Sequence record: PQ657772.1
DNA length: 64,000 bases
Strand: one strand, 5' to 3'
Shown: one piece after another, positions 15,950 to 26,477 of the stretch
Layout: each line of letters opens with the position of its first letter
Numbering within the stretch: the stretch's first letter is position 1
Notes under the pieces: model-generated
What the model was told of the DNA's origin: nothing
The model's database searches: none
What the model saw: only the letters and a program-made list of their open reading frames with translations
Made by a program: the position numbers and the translations under genes

Positions 15950-16158
15950 GGTAATGTAATTAGCCTTATTATGTTAAAGTACTCGGTCCCTGGTACACCT
16001 TGTAGAATATTATCAACTACATTTTCTTGGTGCAGGATTAATACATTCGGTGCGGTTCTTTTAAGGTTTTTTAAAGTACTGTATTCTTGTTTAAGGATGA
16101 ACTGTACATCTTTAGGGAGAATATCTAAGTAGTACTGGTGTATGTTCATAGTTTTCAT
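15946..16158 (-). CDS. ~60-aa tandem paralog 18/21
   Basis: family motifs; close to copy 20. Confidence 0.8.
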   Translation of the reverse strand: MKTMNIHQYYLDILPKDVQFILKQEYSTLKNLKRTAPNVLILHQENVVDNILQGVPGTEYFNIIRLITLP

Positions 16159-16169
16159 ATAGTACTCTT

Positions 16170-16355
16170 TTAGAACTTAAAGATGAGGTTCATGATAGAT
16201 AAGTACTTAGTTTCAGGAAATTGATGTTCTATTGCATAACGTGTCTCCAGTCTGAAGTCAAATTTATAAAAGGGACTATTCATATCCATAGGTTCATTGG
16301 GAAATGAATCTCTGTATTGTTTGTGCAGCTTACTACAGTAGAATTCTTTATACAT
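16170..16355 (-). CDS. ~60-aa tandem paralog 19/21
   Basis: family motifs. Confidence 0.8.
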   Translation of the reverse strand: MYKEFYCSKLHKQYRDSFPNEPMDMNSPFYKFDFRLETRYAIEHQFPETKYLSIMNLIFKF

Positions 16356-16356
16356 A

Positions 16357-16569
16357 TTAGTGCTCGATTAAAAGGGTTAGGATGTAATAGTATTGCATAC
16401 TTTCTACCCCTTGTACAGCATTTCTTATTTTATTATTCCTGTACGAGTTCAAGAGTTTAGGACAATGTTTGAAGTTTATATAATTATTTTGTGTATACAG
16501 TAGGCTTTCTCGTAGACCTTTTGTTGGTAGTGCATCAATGTAGTACTGTTCAATGTTCATAGTGTTCAT
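16357..16569 (-). CDS. ~60-aa tandem paralog 20/21
   Basis: family motifs. Confidence 0.8.
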   Translation of the reverse strand: MNTMNIEQYYIDALPTKGLRESLLYTQNNYINFKHCPKLLNSYRNNKIRNAVQGVESMQYYYILTLLIEH

Positions 16570-16793
16570 AGAGCTACCAGTACTAAGATTTTTGATAATT
16601 GTTTGTTTCTATCCCCGCAGATGTTGTTGTGTAAAATGCTCACTACAAGGGTATCAAGTGCATTGTTCAGCATAAGGTTACATCCAGTACTGTTATGTGT
16701 TTTTAGCTCAATTAGCCACGAACTATCCGCGAGAAACTTCGCGTACTCTAGTTCATTTAGAGTATTAATGTAGTACTTAAGTGCATTTGTCAT
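16566..16793 (-). CDS. ~60-aa tandem paralog 21/21 (divergent, first in operon)
   Basis: KYYINTL...ILVLVAL; AAGGAG RBS. Confidence 0.7.
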   Translation of the reverse strand: MTNALKYYINTLNELEYAKFLADSSWLIELKTHNSTGCNLMLNNALDTLVVSILHNNICGDRNKQLSKILVLVAL

Positions 16794-16818
16794 GTGTAGT
16801 TCTCCTTATATTCCTTCT

Positions 16819-16847
16819 ATAGTACACCAGTACTGAAAGGGTGTCAA
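16819..16847 (-). promoter_or_regulatory. sigma70 promoter of the small-paralog operon
   Basis: TTGACA-17-TACTAT with AGTACT in the spacer. Confidence 0.8.
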
Positions 16848-16864
16848 GGGTTTTCTTTAGGAGG

Positions 16865-16896
16865 TAAATATGATATAATGAATAAAGGAGGGAAAT
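16865..16896 (+). promoter_or_regulatory. TAAATA-N3-TATAAT promoter plus RBS of propeller gene 1
   Basis: TAAATAtgaTATAATGAATAAAGGAGG. Confidence 0.7.
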
Positions 16897-18045
16897 ATGT
16901 TACCTTTTGTTAGAATGTTTGATTATGGGAATGAAGCACCTACCAACTCTGGGCGTTTTAAAATATATTCCAGTGATTCTATGTATCTTCATGATACTTA
17001 TACTGACAAGTTGTATGCATCTTCTGCGACGAATTGGGGTACTGGTACAGGTGTAGCATCGAGTAAATTTATTCTTTGTGCGGAGAATGTTAAACGAGTT
17101 CTATTGGAAGATAACAGTAGTGATTGTCAATTGTATGAAGAGAAAGGTACTGGAAAAGTTTTTATCACTGGTAACACGAAGGCATTCACTGGTGTAACTG
17201 ATAGAAAAACTTTGTGGACGGACTGTACTACGTGGATAACATCAAGTGGTATTAATGTTTCTGATATAAAATACATGAGTAGTTTTTATGATATGAAGGT
17301 GAATTTGATAACAAACGATGGTACATTGTATTGTTGTGGAGCTAACAATATATCGAACATATCATCATTTGGTGATGGCACAAACATTAATTCTTTTAAC
17401 ACATTCAAAAGAGTAGATACTATAACTTCGGTTAAAAAGGCAGTTGGTAACATTTATTTGCGAGAAGATAATACTTTATGGGGTTGTGGTTTTAACTATT
17501 ACTACCAGTTGGGCACGGGTAATCAAACTTCTATTACTGGGGTGACGATGATTTCTTCGGATGTTATAGATTTTAATGTAAGTTATCAGAGTACATTTTT
17601 TATCAAATCGGATAATAATTTGTACGCTTGTGGTAAACAGTTCGGTGCACAATATGGGAACGAATTTGGTACAGGTGGTACTTCCTCTTCTACTGATATA
17701 CAATATAAAACTCCCACATTATTGAGTGCAGGTGTTTATAGTTTATATACTTGTGTTGGTAACATGGCATCACATATAGTTAAAGGTGATGAAGTACTTT
17801 ATGCATCTGGAAGCAACTCGTCTGGTCAATTAGGTGTTGGTAATAATAATAATCAGTACTCCTATACTCCTTCATATACTTCGTTTAATACCTCTTGTAA
17901 TTTGGTACGCACCCCATCTGGTTCACTTATACTTACTGATACTGGAAAATTATATTATTGTGGCCTTGCAATAGTAGTAATGGGTGGTATTTCTGGACAG
18001 AACGTTCTTAATTATACAGAAGTCGATATGTCATTTTTGCAGTAA
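16897..18045 (+). CDS. RCC1/BLIP-II-like beta-propeller protein 1/13
   Basis: MLPFVRMFDYGN tag; LWGCGFNYYYQLGTG and LYASGSNSSGQLGVG repeats. Confidence 0.85.
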   Translation: MLPFVRMFDYGNEAPTNSGRFKIYSSDSMYLHDTYTDKLYASSATNWGTGTGVASSKFILCAENVKRVLLEDNSSDCQLYEEKGTGKVFITGNTKAFTGVTDRKTLWTDCTTWITSSGINVSDIKYMSSFYDMKVNLITNDGTLYCCGANNISNISSFGDGTNINSFNTFKRVDTITSVKKAVGNIYLREDNTLWGCGFNYYYQLGTGNQTSITGVTMISSDVIDFNVSYQSTFFIKSDNNLYACGKQFGAQYGNEFGTGGTSSSTDIQYKTPTLLSAGVYSLYTCVGNMASHIVKGDEVLYASGSNSSGQLGVGNNNNQYSYTPSYTSFNTSCNLVRTPSGSLILTDTGKLYYCGLAIVVMGGISGQNVLNYTEVDMSFLQ

Positions 18046-18053
18046 ATTAATAT

Positions 18054-18112
18054 GCCAGTACTTGATACTGGCTTTTTTGATTAAATATAGTATAATGAAT
18101 AAAGGAGGAAAT
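18054..18112 (+). repeat. terminator-promoter-RBS junction cassette
   Basis: GCCAGTA-CTTGA-TACTGGC + T-tract + TAAATATAGTATAATGAATAAAGGAGG. Confidence 0.85.
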
Positions 18113-19222
18113 ATGTTACCTTTTGTAAGAATGGTTAAGTACGGGAATATTGCACCAGTACCGAAAAAAATAAAGAAAGTTATAGCAGGATATGATAATT
18201 TATATGTACTATATGGTGATGGTTCGCTATATGGTTGTGGAATCAATAACTATCAACAGTTAAATATTAATGGAACTGCTACACAAAATAATTGGGTACT
18301 AATTACCAATGGTGTTAGTAATGCATGGGCTGGTGGATACAATATTTTATATTTGAAAGAAGATAAATTTATAATGCACGGAACTAATGTCTCATTAGGT
18401 TTAGGAAATACTACAATTCCATTAGGTGGAGTAGATGTAACTTCTTCATTCCCAGATATCTCTAATATTAAAATGATATCCATTGGTTTTGATTCAATGC
18501 ACTATGTTAGTGCTGATGGTACAACTGTATATGGAAGAGGTATGAACACAAATGGTTCTGTTGGTTCAGGTAGTACTTACTCACAGAGTACTTTCACTTC
18601 AGTACTGAATAATGGAACTAATCAGGTTATTGATATATTTGGTAACGTTAATAATACAGTGCTTCTAACATCGAATGGTGAGCTTCGAGCATGTGGGACA
18701 AGTGCTTATGGTTCTATAGGAAATGAAACTGGTAAGTGGACATCGTTTGGTTTAAAATTATCTGGCACTAAAATAATGGGTGGTAATGGGTATAGTACGC
18801 TTGCATATACAAATTCGGGAATGTACCACTCAGGGTGGCAGTTAAATGGGGAACTAGGAAATGGTTTAGATACTAACGTACAGGTATATCCATTTCAATT
18901 TAACTCTAAAACGATAGATAGCAAGATAGATAAAATTGCCAAATCATCATCTGGGTCATATGTTAACATGTACTCAACAACAGAAGGAAAGATATATACG
19001 ACAGGTTCGTTTGGTAAAAACGGGTCAACTACTGCATTGAATTTGTTCACCAATACATTAACACTTATAAATTACAATCCAGATACCGCCTCGTTGTATA
19101 CGTGCACAAACTTCAGTGTTGTGTATGATGGTAATGAAACTATTGCTGTAAGTGGTAGTCCTACATATGTACCAGGGGGCGTTGCCGCTAATAGATGGAC
19201 TACAATTCCATTACCCAAGTAA
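18113..19222 (+). CDS. RCC1-like beta-propeller protein 2/13
   Basis: start moved to MLPF; LYGCGINNYQQL and SGWQLNGELGNG repeats. Confidence 0.85.
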   Translation: MLPFVRMVKYGNIAPVPKKIKKVIAGYDNLYVLYGDGSLYGCGINNYQQLNINGTATQNNWVLITNGVSNAWAGGYNILYLKEDKFIMHGTNVSLGLGNTTIPLGGVDVTSSFPDISNIKMISIGFDSMHYVSADGTTVYGRGMNTNGSVGSGSTYSQSTFTSVLNNGTNQVIDIFGNVNNTVLLTSNGELRACGTSAYGSIGNETGKWTSFGLKLSGTKIMGGNGYSTLAYTNSGMYHSGWQLNGELGNGLDTNVQVYPFQFNSKTIDSKIDKIAKSSSGSYVNMYSTTEGKIYTTGSFGKNGSTTALNLFTNTLTLINYNPDTASLYTCTNFSVVYDGNETIAVSGSPTYVPGGVAANRWTTIPLPK

Positions 19223-19228
19223 TACTAT

Positions 19229-19293
19229 GCCAGTACTTGAGTACTGGCTTTTCTTTTTGATTAAATATAGTATAATGAATAAAGGAGGGAAAT
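19229..19293 (+). repeat. terminator-promoter-RBS junction cassette
   Basis: GCCAGTACT-TG-AGTACTGGC + T-tract + TAAATA-N3-TATAAT. Confidence 0.85.
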
Positions 19294-20415
19294 ATGTTAC
19301 CTTTTGTTAGAATGTTTGATTATGGAAATGAAGTACCTGATCCTAGTTCGGGATTTCGAATAATAAGTACAGGAGACGCATTACTATTAATTACTAAGAG
19401 TGGTGATTTGTGGGTGCGTGGTTATAACCGTTATGGCAAGTTAGGTATAGGTAATAACACCACTACCTATGTACTTGATTGGACGAAGGTTAGAAGTGAT
19501 GTGAAGTTTGCGTGTGGTAGTGGATTGGTAACAGTTATCTTTACTAAGGATAATCGTATATTGTACTGTGGTGACAAATGGTTTGAAACGGGTGGTGTTG
19601 GTAGTGCACAGATTTTCACATGGACAGATGTTACGCATCAATTTGGGGTAGTAGATTTGAGTACTGTAAGGGATATGAAAATATCTTATTACGCGATTGG
19701 GTTAGTTACTACTAATAATCAATTATACGCTAAGGGATTTGATAATAACCTATCATTTGGTGGGGTTACTAATAAGGCGACTGCTGTGTTTATTGCGAAT
19801 AATGTACAAGAGTTGTATACGAGTTTAGTTAGTACTATCTACGTTGATACAAGTGGTATATTACATCGTTGTGGCATGAGTGATAACGGTTCGTTGGGTA
19901 ATAATGGTAGTTTAACTTCGTATCTAAGTTATTCACAGCCTGGTATGACGATTAAGGACATTGGAATGATGACTACGAACACTGGGTTATTATATACTGA
20001 TTCTAGTGCACGAACGAGATATTTTATTGCTGGACAGAACTTGAATAAACAGATGGGTAATGCGGCGGCTGCGAGTGCCATTACGAGTACTTACACAGAG
20101 CTTTCTGGTAGTGTTGATAAGTTTTCTTCTTTATGGGAGAATGATGGGATATTGATGACATTTGCTGTGGGTAAGAACACTAATCAGTTATTTTATGCTG
20201 GGACGAATACTTTTCATGCGAGTGGTGGTGAATCTTCATATGCGGATACATATGAGTTAGTTCCGATGGTGTTTAATGACATACAGGAAGTGTTATGTGC
20301 ACAGCGTTTATCGGTGGTACATGATTCTACGAAGTGGTATTACTGTGGTGATGCTAATTCAATGTATGGTTTACCGGACGTAAGTACTTTTACTGAGTTA
20401 CCGTTGCCCTTTTAA
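19294..20415 (+). CDS. RCC1-like beta-propeller protein 3/13
   Basis: tag; LWVRGYNRYGKLGIG. Confidence 0.85.
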   Translation: MLPFVRMFDYGNEVPDPSSGFRIISTGDALLLITKSGDLWVRGYNRYGKLGIGNNTTTYVLDWTKVRSDVKFACGSGLVTVIFTKDNRILYCGDKWFETGGVGSAQIFTWTDVTHQFGVVDLSTVRDMKISYYAIGLVTTNNQLYAKGFDNNLSFGGVTNKATAVFIANNVQELYTSLVSTIYVDTSGILHRCGMSDNGSLGNNGSLTSYLSYSQPGMTIKDIGMMTTNTGLLYTDSSARTRYFIAGQNLNKQMGNAAAASAITSTYTELSGSVDKFSSLWENDGILMTFAVGKNTNQLFYAGTNTFHASGGESSYADTYELVPMVFNDIQEVLCAQRLSVVHDSTKWYYCGDANSMYGLPDVSTFTELPLPF

Positions 20416-20421
20416 TAATAG

Positions 20422-20488
20422 GTCAGTACTGAAATATGTACTGGTATTTTTTGTAAATACTGTATGATTTAATTACGGAGATTTTATT
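20422..20488 (+). repeat. variant terminator-promoter junction
   Basis: CAGTAC..GTACTG hairpin; TAAATActgTATGAT; GGAG RBS. Confidence 0.75.
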
Positions 20489-21670
20489 ATGTTACCTTTT
20501 GTTAGAATGTTTGATTATGGGAACGTCGTTGAGCCACCTGTGGGTACACGTTATACCTGTAGTGACTATAGTGCGACTTATAGTTTAATAAAGGATGGTG
20601 TGTTATATGTATCTGGGATGAATAACTATTATCAGTTAGGTAATAACACTAACGTAACACGTTACAACGAGTGGTTAAAAGTTCCAGAGACTGATAGTGT
20701 TAAGTTTTGTAGTACTGGTTATAGTCAGACAATGTATCTGACTAACAATGGTAGGATAATGATAGCAGGTGAAGATCCTACTTCCAGTGCGACGGCGGTA
20801 AGTGTAAAGGTTTGGACGGATATAACTTCTAGATTTCGTGCAGTTGATACTAAAAAGATTGTTTATATTTCAATAGAACGTTATGGTGTAATGATGATCA
20901 TGGAAGATGGTTCAGTATGGGCGTGTGGTGTTGATAATACTGGTTGGAGTGGACAAGGGAGTAAGACTGTTGGTTTCTTTACTTTCAGACAAATATACAC
21001 CGGAAGTGCAGGAAGTGCAGTTGCTTGTACTGCTGGTACTGGCACTTCGAGGATTCTATTAGTTGATGGTACAATATTGTCCTCTGGTACTAATACATAT
21101 CATCAATGTAATGCTAGTACTGATCTGGCTGTTCTAACATACACTGAATCATTCCCTGGGGTTGATCCTTCATTGATATATCAAGTCAAGATGTGTAATA
21201 ACAACTGTATTATATTCTTGAGTGATAAGAGATATTATGGTACTGGTTGGGGGAGTTTTGGTGCTTTGGGTGATGGTGATATTTCGGGTTCGAATAATAA
21301 ATTCTATGCTGGTACATTGTCAGTTGCTCCTAAAAACATGCGTGCTTATATGTCGTATCTATGTAGTTCTGCTGGGGATTCTAGTATGTACATAGGCGAT
21401 GATAATTTCATATACACCTGCGGTTATCGTGGGAGGAACTTAATAAATGCCACTACAGATATTGGGACGTTCACGAAATGCATTCAAAGTGCACAAGGAT
21501 ACAAGAATGGACTTATATATAGTGGGAATTATTGTGCTGTAGTTTTTGATCCAGATTTGGGTTCAGGAATGACATATGCGGTTTCATCACCAAAAGTGAA
21601 TGCACCAGCACCACAGGCGAGTGTTCCAACATTGGGTATGAGTTCGTTACAAGCTATTATTTTACCATAA
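20489..21670 (+). CDS. RCC1-like beta-propeller protein 4/13
   Basis: tag; LYVSGMNNYYQLGN. Confidence 0.85.
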   Translation: MLPFVRMFDYGNVVEPPVGTRYTCSDYSATYSLIKDGVLYVSGMNNYYQLGNNTNVTRYNEWLKVPETDSVKFCSTGYSQTMYLTNNGRIMIAGEDPTSSATAVSVKVWTDITSRFRAVDTKKIVYISIERYGVMMIMEDGSVWACGVDNTGWSGQGSKTVGFFTFRQIYTGSAGSAVACTAGTGTSRILLVDGTILSSGTNTYHQCNASTDLAVLTYTESFPGVDPSLIYQVKMCNNNCIIFLSDKRYYGTGWGSFGALGDGDISGSNNKFYAGTLSVAPKNMRAYMSYLCSSAGDSSMYIGDDNFIYTCGYRGRNLINATTDIGTFTKCIQSAQGYKNGLIYSGNYCAVVFDPDLGSGMTYAVSSPKVNAPAPQASVPTLGMSSLQAIILP

Positions 21671-21675
21671 CATTA

Positions 21676-21745
21676 TACCAGTACTGAAATACGTACTGGT
21701 ATTTTTTTGTAAATACATTATAATTATTATATGGAGATTTTAGTT
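21676..21745 (+). repeat. variant terminator-promoter junction
   Basis: TACCAGTAC..GTACTGGTA; TAAATAcatTATAAT. Confidence 0.75.
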
Positions 21746-22876
21746 ATGTTACCTTTTGTTAGAATGTTTGATTATGGGAATACAGTGGCTGCTCCCACTG
21801 GTATAAAGGATTTCCAAGCAAATGGAAGCCACTGTATGGCACTAACATATAGTGGTGAGATGTGGGCTTATGGTACAAGTACAAGTGGATCAATGGGAAC
21901 CGGATTCACGGTGGGTGCTGCTGATAAGGGTTGGTACAAGTCTAACATTAGTAATGTTAAATCATTCAGTTCTAATATGCAGACTAGCACAGTGGCTTTG
22001 ACAAATGATGATAGAGTGCTAGTTTGTGGCTCAACTAGATTTGACAAATTCAGTACTCCAGATATTGCATCATCTAACCTTGATTGGTTGGATGTTACTG
22101 ATCATATTCCACAGGAAGTTATTGATGCTGGGATGAAGCAAGTTATTAACCACGCATATTATGTTGCCATTTTTACTGAAAACAATCTATTATATAGTGT
22201 GGCATTATCTTTGGGTAATACTAGTACTATAATAGATAGAACATGGCGAAGAAATACATTTGGTGATATACAAGTTGAACGTGTTGTTTCGTTGACACAA
22301 ACCCCAAGTGGTCCTTTGTGTATAGTTCAAGATGCAGACGGATACCAGTATGGTATTGGATATAATGGTAATAAGATTATTGATAATACTTCCACTAATT
22401 CATATTCTGTATATACCAAAATGGGTACACTTCCTTACAATGAATTTGCCATATCGAATAGCGGGAAATTCAGTTCAGCGGTATTATCAGACGGGAGAAG
22501 TGTTTATAGTGGTACATTTCCAAAGTCATTCAATAATAGTTTTGGTTCATTTTTGAAAGTTGGTGCGGTATCAGATACTGTGTTTGGTTTAGATGCAAAA
22601 AATATGCGTGGTCAATATGGTCAAAATCAATTACCAATTGCGGCGGCTGATAACAATGCAAGTAATGGCGTTGTTAACCTTCGTAATGTTCCAGCGGGAA
22701 CACAAACGAAAGACATTCGATTTATATGCGGAAATGATGTAAAGAACGTTTATATCATATACACAAATGAAGACGGCATTAGCTCATTTTATGGATTGGG
22801 ACCAAACTTTGATCAAAATTCCTCAGCATATGCACAATTCGTCAAAGTGGATTTGCCAGGGGCATTATTAAATTAA
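21746..22876 (+). CDS. RCC1-like beta-propeller protein 5/13
   Basis: start moved to MLPF; MWAYGTSTSGSMGTG. Confidence 0.8.
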   Translation: MLPFVRMFDYGNTVAAPTGIKDFQANGSHCMALTYSGEMWAYGTSTSGSMGTGFTVGAADKGWYKSNISNVKSFSSNMQTSTVALTNDDRVLVCGSTRFDKFSTPDIASSNLDWLDVTDHIPQEVIDAGMKQVINHAYYVAIFTENNLLYSVALSLGNTSTIIDRTWRRNTFGDIQVERVVSLTQTPSGPLCIVQDADGYQYGIGYNGNKIIDNTSTNSYSVYTKMGTLPYNEFAISNSGKFSSAVLSDGRSVYSGTFPKSFNNSFGSFLKVGAVSDTVFGLDAKNMRGQYGQNQLPIAAADNNASNGVVNLRNVPAGTQTKDIRFICGNDVKNVYIIYTNEDGISSFYGLGPNFDQNSSAYAQFVKVDLPGALLN

Positions 22877-22886
22877 GGAGAGAAAT

Positions 22887-23996
22887 ATGTTACCTTTTGT
22901 TAGATTGTTTGATTATGGGAATATCACACCTGGTCCTAAAAATATAATTAAAGTTGGTGCTTCTACACAGGGTCAATTCTTATTGACAGATTCACATGAT
23001 TTATATTACATAGGTAGAAATCAAGGTGGTGAATCTGGAAATGGAAATACCAACACAGTATCCTCATGGATATTAGTAAGTACAGATGTTTCTAATTTTT
23101 TCGTGGGTGATCGTACACTTGTTATTATTAAAAATGATAATACGATATGGTCATCAGGTCAAACGTACTGGTTCACATCTTCCACAACTACTTCTTACAG
23201 TACTGTATTAGTTGATAGAACCAGTTGGTTTACCAATGCCATACCAGTAAGTGAAATTGCTGATATAGTATGTTCGTATGGTTTAATATTTGTACTTAGC
23301 ACTAGTTCAGTACTCTATGGTGCAGGGGCTAATGGATATCGTGGTGCTTTAGGTATTGGTTCATCATCAATTTACACATTAACTCAATGTGCTACTAATG
23401 TGCGTAAAGTAATGACGAATGCAAATGACAGTATGTATATTACATTAGATAATAAGTTATATAGTTCTGGGTGGAATGACCGTGGATTACATGGCACAGG
23501 GAACAGAACACAAGTTAACATTTGGGGACTGCGTAGTTCTGGTGTAATAGATGCAGCTATTGGTGGACATACACTCAATTACTATAATGGTACATCATAT
23601 TTCACATGTGGTACAACTCCAAACTTTCTTAGTTCAGATTCAACTACATTCAAAGCAGTTCCTGTAAGTACTTTACCTAATAATTCACCTTTGTTTATGA
23701 CAAATTCAGAGGCAACAAGCACGGCTACGCAAATTATATTAACTAGTGCATATCAGAAAGGTATTGGGGGAAACCGTGGTTTGGGATTAAACAATTCTCA
23801 AACGGGTGCTATCTATAGTGCTGCTAATTTACAATTACCTGTAGAAGTTAGTGAGATTAGTGATGTTGCTTTTAGTGACGGATTAACATCATTATTAACC
23901 AAAGACGGGAATGTATATAGTACTGGATCGTATTACGCCATTCCAGGTGCAAGTGCAGATGTTGCAGTCTTTACTAAAATTGATTTACCAAAATAA
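22887..23996 (+). CDS. RCC1-like beta-propeller protein 6/13
   Basis: tag; LYGAGANGYRGALGIG; no own promoter (coupled to gene 5). Confidence 0.85.
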   Translation: MLPFVRLFDYGNITPGPKNIIKVGASTQGQFLLTDSHDLYYIGRNQGGESGNGNTNTVSSWILVSTDVSNFFVGDRTLVIIKNDNTIWSSGQTYWFTSSTTTSYSTVLVDRTSWFTNAIPVSEIADIVCSYGLIFVLSTSSVLYGAGANGYRGALGIGSSSIYTLTQCATNVRKVMTNANDSMYITLDNKLYSSGWNDRGLHGTGNRTQVNIWGLRSSGVIDAAIGGHTLNYYNGTSYFTCGTTPNFLSSDSTTFKAVPVSTLPNNSPLFMTNSEATSTATQIILTSAYQKGIGGNRGLGLNNSQTGAIYSAANLQLPVEVSEISDVAFSDGLTSLLTKDGNVYSTGSYYAIPGASADVAVFTKIDLPK

Positions 23997-24002
23997 CATA
24001 AT

Positions 24003-24066
24003 GCCAGTAATCTGTACTGGCTTTTCTTTTTTGTTAAATATAGTATAATGAATAAAGGAGGAATAT
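24003..24066 (+). repeat. terminator-promoter-RBS junction cassette
   Basis: GCCAGTA..TACTGGC; TAAATA-N3-TATAAT. Confidence 0.85.
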
Positions 24067-25246
24067 ATGTTACCTTTTGTTAGATTATTTGATTATGGGA
24101 ATATTGCCCCTGTCAAAGATACTGTTGTTAAAATTAATAGTGATGAAAATTCAATAAGCGTATTATACAGTGATGGGTCATTATATATGCGTGGACGGAA
24201 ACCAATCAGCAAAAATGGGAGTTACTGGTTCATCTTTTTTGGATAGATGGGTTTTATGTCCTTATAGTGTTGATGATTTCTGGAGTTCTCTATATTGTAC
24301 TATAATTAGAACAAAACAAGGGGAATTGTACTATAGTGGGACTAACTCAGTTTTTGGTATATCATCTTCGGTTTCAACATGGACTCGTTGTGAATCATAT
24401 TTTGGATCTATTTCTCCGAGTTCAATAAAAGATATAAAAATAACATCATCAACCGGAACTAACAATTCCATGTTAATACTAACAAGTGACGGGCAGTTAT
24501 ATGGTATAGGCATGAATGGTGCAAGTGAATTGGGTACAGCAACTGCACCAATTACATCTCCACTCTTAATTGACACTAGTGTATCTGCAATTGCATCTAG
24601 TGAAATGAGCAGAAACTTTCACTATATAAAAGATGGTATATATTATCGTTGTGGTGAGAATACTTTTTATCAATTAGGAACCGGTGATAATAAGCCTATT
24701 ACTAGTTTTACTGCATTGAATCTTGGTAGTTCTCATGTAATTGCAGTACAAGCTACACGATGGGTAACACGTTTGATTGTTCAAAGTAGTACATCTGCTT
24801 TGTCTTTAATGGCGGCTGGTTGGAACACACAGTTGACTATAGGTGGTTCTGAAAATACTGGTATAATAAGGTCATCATTTACTACCAATCCCTATACCGA
24901 TATAACAGCAAATTCATTCGATAAACTTTCACCAGTATCCTATGTTAATGCAATAAAATCCAGTACTAACATTATTAATACGAATGGTAAGGGATATAAT
25001 TCTAATGGTGCTGGTTTAGGCCGCAACGCAGTCTCTGGGAATTATGGTTCAATATTACCAATAGAATTCTTTGATGATAGTGTTGACTTATCACATGTTG
25101 AGTGGTTTGGTACGATTGGTAATGGTTCAGTATCGGTAGTTAGTATAGGTGAGGATTTATACTGGACTGGAAACCCTGGGTATTTTACTGAACAAGGTGA
25201 GACTGGATATATATATAAATTCAAAAAGTGCGTTCCTTTTAGATAA
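24067..25246 (+). pseudogene. RCC1-like beta-propeller 7/13, frameshifted (+1 A at 24199-24201)
   Basis: MLPF frame stops at 24246; removing one A gives LYMRGRNQSAKMG and joins ORF 24170-25246 (392 aa); could be a sequencing error. Confidence 0.8.
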
Positions 25247-25250
25247 ACAC

Positions 25251-25316
25251 AATGCCAGTACTCAAGTACTGGCATTCTTTTTGATTAAATATAGTATAAT
25301 GAATAAAGGAGGAAAT
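25251..25316 (+). repeat. terminator-promoter-RBS junction cassette
   Basis: AATGCCAGTACT-CA-AGTACTGGCATT; TAAATA-N3-TATAAT. Confidence 0.85.
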
Positions 25317-26471
25317 ATGTTACCTTTTGTTAGAATGTTTGATTATGGGAATGAAGCACCTGTACCAGTTGGTATAAAGATGGTAAAAGTTTTACAGAAT
25401 AATGTGTTTATTTTATTAGAAGACGGAAGGTTATATGGCAGAGGGCATAATTTTTACTATCAATTAGGTACTGGTAGTAGTTCTCCTACTATAGTTGAAG
25501 AGTGGGTTTTATGTTTAACTGATGTAAAGGAATTTTGGACTACTGGTGATACACAAGGAATATTAGTACGTAAAAATGATGGCACATGGTGGAGTACTGG
25601 TACTCAAATCTATCGTGGTGTTAATACTACTTATCGTGTATGGACAGAAATACTTGGTATTTTTAATAATGTGAATGACACATATAGTAAAATAGTTATA
25701 GGAAACGGCGTTACATTATTATTAACAATAGATAATAAATTATATAAGATGGGTGACAATAACAACGGTGAAGTTTTTACTGGGGCTGTTGGACAAAGAG
25801 TATCAGTACTGACATTGACCCCAGAAGTTGATGTTAAAGATATTGGTGTAACCGCGAATAATGCTTCATTTGTATTATACAATGATGGAACATTAAAGTA
25901 CAGTGGGAATAAATCTAGTATTGGTTCGACTGGTACAACTACCACAACTACCACATTGACTACTGTTACTACTGGAGTATTACAGATAAATTCGGAAAAT
26001 GCATATAGTGCTAATTACGTATTAAAGAGTGATGGGCTATATGTATTCGGTTCACAAATAGATGGACAGTTGGGTGATGGCACTGATGGCACTATTAACA
26101 GTCTTAGAACAATCACAAAGATACCAGCTTCTAGTATTCCTAGTACTGCGATTGATTACATAGGTGGTTCTAATTATGAAGCACACGTTAGAGCAGGTGG
26201 TATATGGTATTTCGCTGGGCGTGGAAACGCTTCTGGAGATGGAATAACGAACTCTAATGTTATTAAAACATGGCGTGCATGTACTAATATAACTGAACCA
26301 GTTCCATATGATAAAATGACACATGGTTATATGATAACATTCATGTTAAAAAACGGTGAATTATATGGTTCAGGGAATGGTAGTAGAACTGCTGGTATGG
26401 GTACAATTCCGTATGAAGAAGAAAATGCCGGAAATACAGGATTATTTAAAAAAATAGTTACACCGAGTTAA
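25317..26471 (+). CDS. RCC1-like beta-propeller protein 8/13
   Basis: start moved to MLPF; LYGRGHNFYYQLGTG and LYVFGSQIDGQLGDG. Confidence 0.85.
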   Translation: MLPFVRMFDYGNEAPVPVGIKMVKVLQNNVFILLEDGRLYGRGHNFYYQLGTGSSSPTIVEEWVLCLTDVKEFWTTGDTQGILVRKNDGTWWSTGTQIYRGVNTTYRVWTEILGIFNNVNDTYSKIVIGNGVTLLLTIDNKLYKMGDNNNGEVFTGAVGQRVSVLTLTPEVDVKDIGVTANNASFVLYNDGTLKYSGNKSSIGSTGTTTTTTTLTTVTTGVLQINSENAYSANYVLKSDGLYVFGSQIDGQLGDGTDGTINSLRTITKIPASSIPSTAIDYIGGSNYEAHVRAGGIWYFAGRGNASGDGITNSNVIKTWRACTNITEPVPYDKMTHGYMITFMLKNGELYGSGNGSRTAGMGTIPYEEENAGNTGLFKKIVTPS

Positions 26472-26477
26472 AATTAA

